Source: Patescibacteria group bacterium (lineage in GTDB: Bacteria > Patescibacteriota > Minisyncoccia > Phycocordibacterales > SIBU01). Taken from it: a stretch of DNA of 64,000 bases. The first letter of the stretch is position 1, and the number at the start of each line of letters is the position of its first letter. The notes under the pieces were generated by a model. It worked only from the letters and a program-made list of their open reading frames with translations, searched no databases and was not told where the DNA came from. Location: positions 67,157 to 131,156 of the forward strand of contig JAZJZC010000004.1 in the NCBI GenBank assembly GCA_040390045.1, in the 5' to 3' direction. Both the position numbers and the translations under genes were made by a program. This document shows positions 18,257 to 27,584 of the stretch, one piece after another.

Positions 18257-20548
18257 ATGTATCTGAAGGGCTTAGAAATCTCTGGCTTTAAATCTTTTGC
18301 CAAAAAAACGGTATTGCAATTTAGCACGCCGATTACTGCTGTGGTTGGACCGAATGGTTCCGGTAAATCAAATACTGCCGAGGCTTTTCGTTTTGTGCTT
18401 GGCGAACAATCGATCAAATCGATGCGCGGAAAGCGCACGGAAGATTTAATTTGGAATGGGGGTGGCGATACTGCCCGCGCCAACCGCGCTTCGGTAAAAG
18501 TAGTTTTCGACAATCATCAGAGAATGCTTAATGTTGATTTTGATGAAGTATCCCTTGAGCGTGTGATTTATCGTGACTCTTCCAGTGAATATTTTATCAA
18601 TGGTACTCAGGTGAGGCTCAAAGACATTATCGAACTTTTGGCCGGCGCTCACATTGGCTCATCGGGACATCATATTATTTCTCAAGGTGAAGCTGATAAA
18701 ATTCTAAATGCCAACAGTAAGGAACGTCGTGACATGCTTGAAGACGCGCTTGGTTTAAAAATTTATCAATATAAGCGTTTGGAAAGCGAGCGGAAGTTGG
18801 AAAAAACTGATGAAAACATGAAGTCGGTTGAATCTTTGCGAAAGGAGATTGCGCCGCATTTGAAATTTCTAAAAAAGCAGGTTGAGAAAGTGGAAAAAAC
18901 TCTCGAGTTGAAGGAGGAATTACGAACAGTTTCTAAGAATTATTTTAAACGTGAAGAGGTATATATTACATTTCAAAGACAAGCGATTGAAAGTGATAGA
19001 AAAAAACCGACGGATGACCTTGCGCAACTGCAAAGTGATCTTGCTAAAGCAAAGGCGGTTTTGGAAATTTCAGCTGGGGTGAATGCCAAAAATAACGAAA
19101 CAATTAAATTAGAAAGTGATTTGAGCGCGGTGAGAAATGAAAAAGATCGGTTAGCGCGAGAGCTCGGCCGAATCGAAGGTGCAATTGGTAGTGAAGAAAG
19201 AATTGTTCGACGTGAGAAGGAAATGATGGCTCAAGAGGGGAATCAACAGGTTTTATTAAAAGACGTAGAAGCTGTAAGGACTACGATTGAACAGAAAATA
19301 GTAGAGGTGGAAAAATTTAAAGACGAAAATTCTTTGCAGAATTTTTTTGATTTCATTCGAGCTACGTTTGATGAATTTATAAAACGCCACAAGCGTGGAG
19401 ATACAACACAACTGCTCAATCAATCACTTTCAGAAATTGAACGATTAAAATCTGAACGCCAAACTTGTGAGGCTGCACTCGCTGATTCTAATAAAAAAGA
19501 GGAAGATTTGCGCGCCACGCTTTTGCATATGCAGAAATTGATTGAAAAAGATAAGGATTCAACTCGAGATGCTGAGCGAGAGATGTTTAGGATTATGAAC
19601 GAGGAAAATCTTGTTCGCAATATTTTGGCGTCATTAAAAGCCCGCGAGGAAAGGTTGAATCTTCTCGATGAAAGCTTCAAGAGAGATGTTCAGGAGGTAA
19701 TGATGTTGGTTGGGCGTGAGGTTTACAATTACACAAGTGAAGTAATTCTCGCGGAGAACGGAGCCGCGATTTCTGCGGCAGAAATCGCGGCTGAAGAACG
19801 TGTCCACCAAGAAGAGCGTCGTCGCTCAATGGAAAAAATGAAAATCCGTATCGAGGACGCAGGAACTGGTGGTGGCGAAGATGTTCTCAAGGAATACAAC
19901 GAAACACTCGAACGCGATCAATTTTTGGAACGAGAATTGGCAGACTTAGCTCAGTCGGCACTATCTCTTAAAAATATTATTGTTGAACTGGAGGAAAAGC
20001 TCGACACCGAATTCCGTGAGGGGGTGTTGAAAATTAATACTCAATTTCAAAATTTCTTTAATTTAATGTTCGGAGGTGGATCCGCATCACTTCAAGTGGT
20101 ACGCGAAACAAAAAAGAAAAAGAGTGATACTGATTTGGAAATTGACATGGATGCAGTACCAACTGAAGACGGCGAAGAAGACATGGAGGAAAAAGAGGGA
20201 ATTGAAATTGATGTCAGTTTGCCTCGTAAAAAAATCAAAGGCTTGATGATGCTCTCCGGTGGTGAACGTGCGCTTACTTCGATTGCGCTTTTGTTTGCCA
20301 TTTCTCAGGTCAATCCGCCGCCATTTGTCATTCTCGATGAGACTGACGCGGCACTCGACGAAGCCAACTCAAAAAAATACGGCGATATGATCGAAAATCT
20401 CTCCAAACTTTCACAACTGATTTTAATTACGCACAATCGCGAAACCATGTCCCGCGCAGGAGTACTCTACGGCGTCACCATGGGTTCTGGTGGAGTTTCT
20501 AAATTGCTCTCGATTGCATTTGAAGAAGCTGTTGCGGTGGCAAAATAG
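18257..20548 (+). CDS. smc: SMC-family ATPase, short form (763 aa)
   Basis: GFKSFA, Walker A GPNGSGKSN, ISQG, LSGGE, LDETDAALDEAN, ITHN; TATAAT 7 nt before ATG 18257. Confidence 0.9.
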   Translation: MYLKGLEISGFKSFAKKTVLQFSTPITAVVGPNGSGKSNTAEAFRFVLGEQSIKSMRGKRTEDLIWNGGGDTARANRASVKVVFDNHQRMLNVDFDEVSLERVIYRDSSSEYFINGTQVRLKDIIELLAGAHIGSSGHHIISQGEADKILNANSKERRDMLEDALGLKIYQYKRLESERKLEKTDENMKSVESLRKEIAPHLKFLKKQVEKVEKTLELKEELRTVSKNYFKREEVYITFQRQAIESDRKKPTDDLAQLQSDLAKAKAVLEISAGVNAKNNETIKLESDLSAVRNEKDRLARELGRIEGAIGSEERIVRREKEMMAQEGNQQVLLKDVEAVRTTIEQKIVEVEKFKDENSLQNFFDFIRATFDEFIKRHKRGDTTQLLNQSLSEIERLKSERQTCEAALADSNKKEEDLRATLLHMQKLIEKDKDSTRDAEREMFRIMNEENLVRNILASLKAREERLNLLDESFKRDVQEVMMLVGREVYNYTSEVILAENGAAISAAEIAAEERVHQEERRRSMEKMKIRIEDAGTGGGEDVLKEYNETLERDQFLERELADLAQSALSLKNIIVELEEKLDTEFREGVLKINTQFQNFFNLMFGGGSASLQVVRETKKKKSDTDLEIDMDAVPTEDGEEDMEEKEGIEIDVSLPRKKIKGLMMLSGGERALTSIALLFAISQVNPPPFVILDETDAALDEANSKKYGDMIENLSKLSQLILITHNRETMSRAGVLYGVTMGSGGVSKLLSIAFEEAVAVAK

Positions 20549-20617
20549 CTATGCGCTTTTTTGATATTTCTCTCTCTTTGTACTACACTTCAGTAAGTTG
20601 ATTTTTAGGAGTCCATT

Positions 20618-20797
20618 ATGAAGACCTTGAGAAAGCTGCCGAGATACAAGAGGACCCATGTTTTGCGTGATGCTGGCTTTTGGCAGGATCGCAGGATAGC
20701 CGACGGTGCTGCGGTGCCAATTCCAGGGGGAGTCAAAAAACCGACATATCGCGACGGCGGAATTGACTGGGAAGCATCCGGTCTCGGCAATTCATAA
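20618..20797 (+). CDS. Small basic protein (59 aa), below the ORF-track cutoff
   Basis: AGGAG before ATG; MKTLRKLPRYKRTHVLRDAGFWQDRRIADG...; followed by hairpin AACCGTGCAT/ATGCGCGGTT plus a T run. Confidence 0.55.
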   Translation: MKTLRKLPRYKRTHVLRDAGFWQDRRIADGAAVPIPGGVKKPTYRDGGIDWEASGLGNS

Positions 20798-20881
20798 TTT
20801 GCTTGCCTCGTTTTCACAACACACAACCGTGCATTTCTATGCGCGGTTTTTCTTTAAGACTTTATGTAAATTCATTACGTA

Positions 20882-22855
20882 CTATTTACTATCTATCAGC
20901 ACGTAATCCAACGTTTTTCTCTCCATATCAGCCAAAACAACTTTAAATCGGACAGAGTCACCCAAAGTATATTTCTTTTTAGTTTTTTCACCGATGAGAC
21001 AATAATTTTTTTGATCGAGTTTGTAAAAATCTCCCGCGAGATCGCGAAGTTTAACCATGCCTTCACAGCGAGTTTCTTTTTCTTCGATGTACATACCCCA
21101 CTCAGTCACACCGGAAATGATGCCGTTGAAACTTTGACCAACTTTAGTTTGCATGTACTCAACTTGTTTATATTTTTTCGAAGCGCGCTCAGCTTCAGCG
21201 GCGGCAATTTCTTGTTCAGAGTTGGCGCTGGCCATTTTTTCATAGGAATGCCATTCATGTTCAGGAATTTTAGTGCCATTTAAATGATGGAATAAAACTC
21301 GATGTACCAGAAGGTCAGCGTATCGGCGAATAGGGGATGTAAAGTGAGTGTAGTATTCGAAGGCCAAACCAAAGTGTCCAATGTTACCCGTCGAATAAAT
21401 AGCCTTGGCCATCGATCGTACTGCCGCAGTTTTAATCATCGATTCTTCGGCGCGTCCCTCAATCTGCTTGAACAGCATTTGCAAATCCTTTGCGGAAACT
21501 TTGCCATTCGTGTTTGGCAACTCGTGTCCAAGAGCCTTAAGAAAAATTCCAAGCTCGGCAATTTTCTCCTGATTTGGCGTATCGTGAATACGATAAATAA
21601 AAGGCTCTTTACTTTTGTGTTTCTCCCGAGCTTTAAAAATAAATTCGGCAACTTCCTTGTTGGCCAAAAGCATGTACTCCTCGACGAGCTTATGAGTATC
21701 AAGTCTCTCTTTTTTGTAAATTTTAACCGGTCTGCCCAGCACATCGAGTTCGAAGCGTACCTCGTCCTGCTCAAAGTCGATAGCACCAGCAGAAAACTTT
21801 CGTTTCTGCATTTTTTTAGCCATCTCATTGAGCGCTAGCAGTGCTTCCGTATGTTCTACTGATTTTCCATCGAGTACATCCTGTGCAGATTCGTACGTGA
21901 ATCGTTTTGCAGAATGAATGATTGTTTTTCCAAACCATTTTTCTTTTACGATTCCTTCTTTGTTTAAAATAAAAACGGCAGAAAATGTTAAACGATCCTC
22001 GTCAGGTTTCAAACTACAAACCTCGTTTGAAAGTGCCTCAGGAAGCATGGGAATTGTGCGATCAACAAGATAAACAGAAAATCCTCGGCGCAAGGCCTCA
22101 CGATCGAGCTCAGTTTTTTCCTTTACGTAATGAGAAACATCAGCAATGTGCACTCCAATTTCGTAACTATCCTCTGAAATCTTTTTATAGGAAATAGCAT
22201 CGTCAAAATCTTTGGCATCAATTGGGTCAATGGTGAAAGTTAATGTGTTTCTGAAATCACGACGCTTACTGAGTTCATCGGCAGATACGTGGACTCCAAG
22301 TTTAGAAATTTTTTCCGCCTCATGTTCGACACTGTGGGGAAATGAGGAATCAAAACCTTTTTCAAGCGCGATACCAAGCATTTCGGCGTTATTCTCTCCC
22401 TTTTTACCAATAATTTGGAGAAGTTCACCTGTTGGATTTTTATTTGGATCAGACCATTCGAGGAATTTTACAAGTACTTTCATGCCAACTGCTTTCTTGG
22501 CCATCTCGTTTGAGCCGACGTTAATCTCCTTGTAGACTTTTTTGTCATCAGGCAAGAGAAAAAAACGCCCCTTGTCCATTTGAAGGGTTCCGACAAATTG
22601 CAATTTAGCCCGTTTCAGAATTTTCAAAACCTTTCCCACTTTTCTACCGCGTACAGATTTTGGAAGTACGGCAATTTCCACCTCGTCGAAATGAAGTGCG
22701 GTGTTTAGATTTTCCGGTTCAATTAGAATATCGACATCTTCATTTTCGAGTTCAACAAAACCCATGCCTTTTCCAGCAATTCTGATTTTTCCGACATGTT
22801 TTTTTGATTCAACGTTCGATGGGTGAGGTTGGTCGTTTTTTTGACGTTTGTTCAT
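20882..22855 (-). CDS. rnr: Ribonuclease R
   Basis: TIDPIDAKDFDDA, VHIADV, HFGLA..YTHFTSPIRRYADL, S1 domain. Confidence 0.96.
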   Translation of the reverse strand: MNKRQKNDQPHPSNVESKKHVGKIRIAGKGMGFVELENEDVDILIEPENLNTALHFDEVEIAVLPKSVRGRKVGKVLKILKRAKLQFVGTLQMDKGRFFLLPDDKKVYKEINVGSNEMAKKAVGMKVLVKFLEWSDPNKNPTGELLQIIGKKGENNAEMLGIALEKGFDSSFPHSVEHEAEKISKLGVHVSADELSKRRDFRNTLTFTIDPIDAKDFDDAISYKKISEDSYEIGVHIADVSHYVKEKTELDREALRRGFSVYLVDRTIPMLPEALSNEVCSLKPDEDRLTFSAVFILNKEGIVKEKWFGKTIIHSAKRFTYESAQDVLDGKSVEHTEALLALNEMAKKMQKRKFSAGAIDFEQDEVRFELDVLGRPVKIYKKERLDTHKLVEEYMLLANKEVAEFIFKAREKHKSKEPFIYRIHDTPNQEKIAELGIFLKALGHELPNTNGKVSAKDLQMLFKQIEGRAEESMIKTAAVRSMAKAIYSTGNIGHFGLAFEYYTHFTSPIRRYADLLVHRVLFHHLNGTKIPEHEWHSYEKMASANSEQEIAAAEAERASKKYKQVEYMQTKVGQSFNGIISGVTEWGMYIEEKETRCEGMVKLRDLAGDFYKLDQKNYCLIGEKTKKKYTLGDSVRFKVVLADMERKTLDYVLIDSK

Positions 22856-23042
22856 TACTGGGGCATTGTAGCAGAAAAGACGGTACTAAGCCATTTAAGC
22901 ATTTTACGATTGACATTGTCCCACTTCAGAACAAAATTGAAAGTTGAGCTTGCTTTGATTGCATTATTTTCCAAACCGGCGCTCTGTTCATTGCGACCGG
23001 TTTTCTTTTGACTTTTTTTGTCTGTACTGGTAAGCTATGCGG

Positions 23043-23423
23043 ATGTTAAAAATCCGATTACAACGAGTGGGCAGAACGAATGTTCCGACTTTTCGCGTAG
23101 TTTTGACTGACTCAAAGAACAGCACTAAAAGTGGACGTTTTTTGGAGATCCTTGGTTCATACGATACTCGCAAGGATAGTGAGAAAAAAGTTAACGCAGA
23201 GCGTGTTAAATACTGGATTTCAAAAGGCGCACAGGTTTCAGGAACTCTTCACAACTTTTTAATACACACCAAAGTAATAACTGGTAAAAAAATTAACGTT
23301 TTGCCAAAGAAAACCCCAATTAAGAAAGAAGAAGTTGCGAAGGTAGAAAAGCCAGCTGAAGCCGCAGCTCCTACCGAAGTTGCTCCATCAGTCGAAGCCG
23401 CCTCTGAAGCAGTCAAATCATAA
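23043..23423 (+). CDS. rpsP: 30S ribosomal protein S16
   Basis: MLKIRLQRVGR..FRVV..GRFLEILGSY..WISKGAQ. Confidence 0.97.
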   Translation: MLKIRLQRVGRTNVPTFRVVLTDSKNSTKSGRFLEILGSYDTRKDSEKKVNAERVKYWISKGAQVSGTLHNFLIHTKVITGKKINVLPKKTPIKKEEVAKVEKPAEAAAPTEVAPSVEAASEAVKS

Positions 23424-23472
23424 ATTACGGTTTAAAACCCCCGCCGCGCCTTGAGCGGCGGGGGTTTTGTCA

Positions 23473-23507
23473 ACTTTACACTTTTAACTTTACACTTTAT
23501 ACTGTCT
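23473..23507. repeat. ACTTTAC-type heptamer array
   Basis: actttac actttta actttac actttat actgtct. Confidence 0.7.
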
Positions 23508-23607
23508 CTAGCAGTACGTAGCGAGGCGGAATGAATTAACTAACCGCATACTCGGTCGAAACGACTGTCTATCGAGTTTAAAAAACACATAATAATAAAA
23601 TACTGAA

Positions 23608-23925
23608 ATGAAACAAGAAAGCGATGTAATCTTTTTAGAGTACGTAGTGAAGGCTTTAGTTGATAATCCAAACGATGTTAAAGTTGTCCGCACAGTCGAT
23701 GAGATGGGTGTTTTGTTAACCCTTTCTTTGAATCCTGCTGATATGGGAAAAATTATCGGCCGCATGGGCAATACCGCAAAGGCTATTCGAACCCTTCTTC
23801 GAGTTGTTGGAATGAAAAATAATGCCCGTGTTAATCTTAAAATCAACGAACCAGAAGGTGCCGCTCCACGAGAAATAAAGACAAACAAGACGGTGGATGA
23901 GGCGATGGAGGACCTCAAGATATAA
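23608..23925 (+). CDS. khpA: KH-domain RNA-binding protein KhpA
   Basis: LVDNP, DMGKIIGRMGNTAKAIRTLL; follows rpsP. Confidence 0.9.
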   Translation: MKQESDVIFLEYVVKALVDNPNDVKVVRTVDEMGVLLTLSLNPADMGKIIGRMGNTAKAIRTLLRVVGMKNNARVNLKINEPEGAAPREIKTNKTVDEAMEDLKI

Positions 23926-24054
23926 CCGGTAGATTCAAGAATAAAACCAAAAAAAATACCGCCGCGACTCCGTCGCGGCGGTATTTTTTTTGACAAAAAC
24001 AACTGATATGTTTAGTATTCGCGCTAGTTCGGTACAAATTCAAAAATTTAATGC

Positions 24055-24804
24055 ATGAACACTCCAAAGATCAATATTCTGATTAACGGCTGGACCGGCA
24101 AGATGGGCACCGCCTTACTCGCCTGCGTAGAAAAACATCCAGGGCTTGAGGTCGTCGGAAAAATCTGTCACTCGGATCAGGTGGACGGCAAACTTCTCGA
24201 TGTCGATGTTGTCGTGGATTTCGTCAATGATCCCGGGGTAAGCACCTCCATGGCAGTGACCTGCGCTGCAATTAAAAAATCAATCGTTATTGGCACTACC
24301 GGTCACACCGACGAACAGCGTCAGATCATTGAGGACATGGCAAGAATCACTCCCATTGTCATGACCTCAAATTTCTCGATCGGAGCCAACTTGCTTTTTT
24401 GGCTCAGTGGCGTCGTCACGGAAAAAGTTGGAATTGGCGTCGACATAGAAATTGTTGAGATGCATCACTGCCTCAAAAAGGATGCACCGAGTGGCACGGC
24501 GCTGACGTTGGCAGAAATTATTGCCGCGGCTCGAAGCAAACAACTTCATGATGTTGTCCAATTTGGCCGACACGGAACGACTGGACCGCGAAGCCAAGAT
24601 GAGATCGGGATTCACTCGATTCGCGGCGGCGATGTGGTCGGGGATCACACGGTACTGTTTGCCGCCATCGGCGAACGAATCGAATTGACGCACAAGGCTT
24701 CCAGCCGCAACACGTTCGCCGAAGGCGCACTACGTGCTGCAGAGTGGGTTGTAAAGCAAAAACCTGGTTTGTACGACATGCAGGACGTTCTCGGTCTCCG
24801 TTGA
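24055..24804 (+). CDS. dapB: 4-hydroxy-tetrahydrodipicolinate reductase
   Basis: G..GKMG, VIGTTG, SNFSIG, EMHH..KKDAPSGTA, RGGDVVGDHTV, HKASSR..FA.GALRAA. Confidence 0.96.
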   Translation: MNTPKINILINGWTGKMGTALLACVEKHPGLEVVGKICHSDQVDGKLLDVDVVVDFVNDPGVSTSMAVTCAAIKKSIVIGTTGHTDEQRQIIEDMARITPIVMTSNFSIGANLLFWLSGVVTEKVGIGVDIEIVEMHHCLKKDAPSGTALTLAEIIAAARSKQLHDVVQFGRHGTTGPRSQDEIGIHSIRGGDVVGDHTVLFAAIGERIELTHKASSRNTFAEGALRAAEWVVKQKPGLYDMQDVLGLR

Positions 24805-24898
24805 TTTCTCTACCCCAGCCTTTCGCTGGGTTTTTTCTTGACCAAAGTTTGGTTTCAGTTATTATGCCCTTAGTTCAAATTTTTGAAAGATTTTCTCA

Positions 24899-25210
24899 AT
24901 GAATGTAAGTATCAACGTTTTGGCACCGCCGGCTGGTGTGCGCCAAGGGTGTAAAAAATGCAAGCGCATTTTCGTTCAGGGAAAGGCCGTTATCGAAGTT
25001 TCCCTCAATGGCGTAATGTATTTTCTCGCTCCGCACGAGCCTTTCAGGTGTTGCGGTGAAGAGAGAAAATCAGCTATTGTTTTTCCATCAAAGGAAGCGG
25101 CGATTGCAACCGCAGAGGATCTTCGTGTCATTTACAATAGTGGTAATGGAGAAACGGTTATGCTCGTTGCCCAACCGAAAGATTTAACCGATCGTTGGCG
25201 CAGCAATTAA
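24899..25210 (+). CDS. Hypothetical Cys-containing protein
   Basis: CKKC and HEPFRCC, possible zinc site; own TTGACC..TATTAT promoter. Confidence 0.55.
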   Translation: MNVSINVLAPPAGVRQGCKKCKRIFVQGKAVIEVSLNGVMYFLAPHEPFRCCGEERKSAIVFPSKEAAIATAEDLRVIYNSGNGETVMLVAQPKDLTDRWRSN

Positions 25211-25266
25211 TTTTGCTGTTTTTTCTTGCCTTTTTTGCCTAAACCCTATACCCTAAACGTCACATC

Positions 25267-25995
25267 ATGACTTTCCACTTCATAACCCTATTCCCACACG
25301 CTTTCGACTCCTATCTCGGGGAGTCGATTTTGAAACGTGCAATTGAAGACAAAAAAATAAAAGTAAAGTTTTATAATCCTCGAGATTTTGCAGAAAACAA
25401 ACACGATCGAATAGACCGAAAACCATACGGTGGAGGCCCAGGTATGGTAATTCAAGCTGAACCGGTAATTCGCGCGATTGAAAAAGCGTTGATGACAGCA
25501 GGGTATAGGGTAGAGGGTAAAGGGTATAGACGAATTAAAAGTAGTAAAAAACTAAACCCTAAAACTTACACCCTTAACCCTGTGATAGTCTGGCTCAGTC
25601 CTTCCGGCAAACAATTTACCAATGAGTACGCTAAAAAAGTAGCGGGAAAGTTTGTGGACATTATTATTATCTGTGGCCGATATGAAGGAATCGATGCCCG
25701 AGTTAAAAAAGTTTTCAAAGTTGAAGAACTTTCAGTCGGACCATTTGTGCTCACTGGTGGGGAATTGCCGGCGATGCTTATGATCGATGTGATCTCACGA
25801 CAAATTCCAGGGATACTCGGTGATTTTAATTCTCTCGAGGAATCTCGCGTTGCCAGCCCAGATGTGTATACGCGGCCAGTAATTTTTAAATTTAAAGGAA
25901 AGAATTTTCGTGTTCCGAAAATTCTTCTTTCAGGTCACGCTGCCAAAATTAAGGAGTGGAAAGAATCAAAAATTAAAACAAAACCAAATAAGTAA
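25267..25995 (+). CDS. trmD: tRNA (guanine37-N1)-methyltransferase
   Basis: ITLFP, PYGGGPGMV, LSPSG, CGRYEGID, VLTGGE, YTRP, LLSGH. Confidence 0.97.
   Translation: MTFHFITLFPHAFDSYLGESILKRAIEDKKIKVKFYNPRDFAENKHDRIDRKPYGGGPGMVIQAEPVIRAIEKALMTAGYRVEGKGYRRIKSSKKLNPKTYTLNPVIVWLSPSGKQFTNEYAKKVAGKFVDIIIICGRYEGIDARVKKVFKVEELSVGPFVLTGGELPAMLMIDVISRQIPGILGDFNSLEESRVASPDVYTRPVIFKFKGKNFRVPKILLSGHAAKIKEWKESKIKTKPNK
25500..25581. repeat. AGGGTAT/CCTAAAC heptamer inverted array in-frame within trmD
   Basis: agggtat agggtag agggtaa agggtat ... actaaac cctaaaa cttacac ccttaac cct. Confidence 0.85.
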
Positions 25996-26045
25996 CCCCC
26001 CCCCCCCGTCTTTTTCGCCACACTACTTTAAAAATAAACAGTACC

Positions 26046-26073
26046 TTGTAACCTTTCGAGCGAATGGTATAAT
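26046..26073 (+). promoter_or_regulatory. Promoter coinciding with an inverted variant of the 28-bp site (putative operator)
   Basis: TTGTAA-16-TATAAT, 6 nt before ATG 26080; the central 20 bp is the exact reverse complement of the core of 26364-26391. Confidence 0.7.
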
Positions 26074-26079
26074 GCTTTG

Positions 26080-26349
26080 ATGAGTGATTTTAAAAAATTG
26101 GAAAAGTTGCTAAAGGTTGCTGGCAACCAAAGACGACTCGCAATACTTGCGTACCTCAAAAAAGTAAGAGTGTCATCTGTTGGAAAAATTTCTGAAAATC
26201 TTAATATGTCATATCACGCCGCCTCGAAGCATTTGCGCTTGTTGCTGAACGCTGAGTTGCTCGATCGCGAACAGAAAAAATTTGAGGCTCACTATACACT
26301 TTCAAAAAATCAGCATAGACTCGTTAGTAATTTACTGGAGCTACTTTAG
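26080..26349 (+). CDS. ArsR/SmtB-family winged-helix regulator
   Basis: LKVAGNQRRLAILAYL..SVGKI..SYHAASKHLRLL..YTL. Confidence 0.88.
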   Translation: MSDFKKLEKLLKVAGNQRRLAILAYLKKVRVSSVGKISENLNMSYHAASKHLRLLLNAELLDREQKKFEAHYTLSKNQHRLVSNLLELL

Positions 26350-26363
26350 ACCCAACCTCACTT

Positions 26364-26391
26364 ATTTAACCATTCGCTCGAAAGGTTAAAT
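26364..26391. repeat. 28-bp quasi-palindrome, copy 2
   Basis: Identical to 8952-8979. Confidence 0.9.
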
Positions 26392-26431
26392 GAGAATAAA
26401 ACAACTTTTTAACTAAATCCGTACTTAATTT

Positions 26432-27118
26432 CTATCTGATTTCGTAAATCACATCTTTTCGCTCAACCACAATTTTCCAGCCATTCATTTTAGCAAAACG
26501 GTACAGCGCTTGGTTTGGATTAAAACAAATTGGATTTTCCACCAGTTCGAGCATTGGAATATCACCCTCGGTGTCACCAATTCCGTAAGAACCCTTCAAT
26601 GTTAAATTTTCCTTGGCAACTGCACGACGGACAATGTTGGCTTTGTTTGCAATAAGATGAAGGTCAACGACTTCACCGGTAAATTTATCTGACGGGCCAA
26701 GTTCATAAAATCTCCCGTACACTTTATTAAATCCCAGTCGTTTACAAAAAGCGTCGAGCAATCCTTTTGGTGACTGAGACACTGCAAGCAAAAAATAACC
26801 TTTTCGTTTTAATTTCTTAACGAGGTCGCGCGTATAGCGATACATTTTATTTTTATTGGCCTCAACCACCGCAAGACCGATTTTTTCAAACTCATGGTAG
26901 TCCACACCCTTGAGATATTTCATAAATGTGTCGATAATGGCCTGGATGTAGTCCTCATAACTTCCTTCTCGGTTAGTCCAGCGCTCAAATTGTAATTGAT
27001 ACAACGCCCGGCTTTTTTTGGGGAAAACGCCTTCGTCAATCAGGGCTTCAACCAATTCGATTAGTAAACTTGAACGAAAAATTGTTCCATCAATATCGAA
27101 AACTGCGACTTTTTTCAT
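26432..27118 (-). CDS. HAD-IB family hydrolase (SerB-like)
   Basis: FDIDGT, VSQS, K, GDTEGD, NP motifs. Confidence 0.9.
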   Translation of the reverse strand: MKKVAVFDIDGTIFRSSLLIELVEALIDEGVFPKKSRALYQLQFERWTNREGSYEDYIQAIIDTFMKYLKGVDYHEFEKIGLAVVEANKNKMYRYTRDLVKKLKRKGYFLLAVSQSPKGLLDAFCKRLGFNKVYGRFYELGPSDKFTGEVVDLHLIANKANIVRRAVAKENLTLKGSYGIGDTEGDIPMLELVENPICFNPNQALYRFAKMNGWKIVVERKDVIYEIR

Positions 27119-27193
27119 GTTTCAATTGTACAAAGTTGTGAAGTAAAAAGCCACAATTAAAATTACGAATAAAAAACTCCGTTCGTACATAAG

Positions 27194-27478
27194 TTATATA
27201 CGTGACGGAGGGAGCAAAGAGGGGAATAATAGCAGGATTATAAATACGAAGTTAAAAGCTGCCAATATAATTTTAAAACCCCTCTGCAGGTTTCCGATCT
27301 TCATTACAATTTGCAATATCCACGCTGATGCAGCGTAAATGCAAGAAAAAAATAATGCTGTCGTAAGGGTTGCTCCCCCAGGCGTTTTCGTAGGTATGCC
27401 CGCGCCCATCATGACTAGTAAAAAAGTTATCAAACCCATAAACGGGGCTGAGAGAGCGAAAAGTCTCAAAAATCTCAT
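27194..27478 (-). CDS. Small membrane protein
   Basis: Three hydrophobic segments. Confidence 0.55.
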   Translation of the reverse strand: MRFLRLFALSAPFMGLITFLLVMMGAGIPTKTPGGATLTTALFFSCIYAASAWILQIVMKIGNLQRGFKIILAAFNFVFIILLLFPSLLPPSRI

Positions 27479-27584
27479 AAATATCCAGTTCGTTTTTCTA
27501 AATAATTTATATCACAACCAAGCTATAAATCCAGTACTTGCTTTAGATAGGCCCTTTCTGTTAGACTTATGCCACAAATCAATA

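Noticed and set aside
8952-26391. 28-bp repeats as CRISPR direct repeats
   Set aside because: The two exact copies are about 17 kb apart, with no regularly spaced spacers
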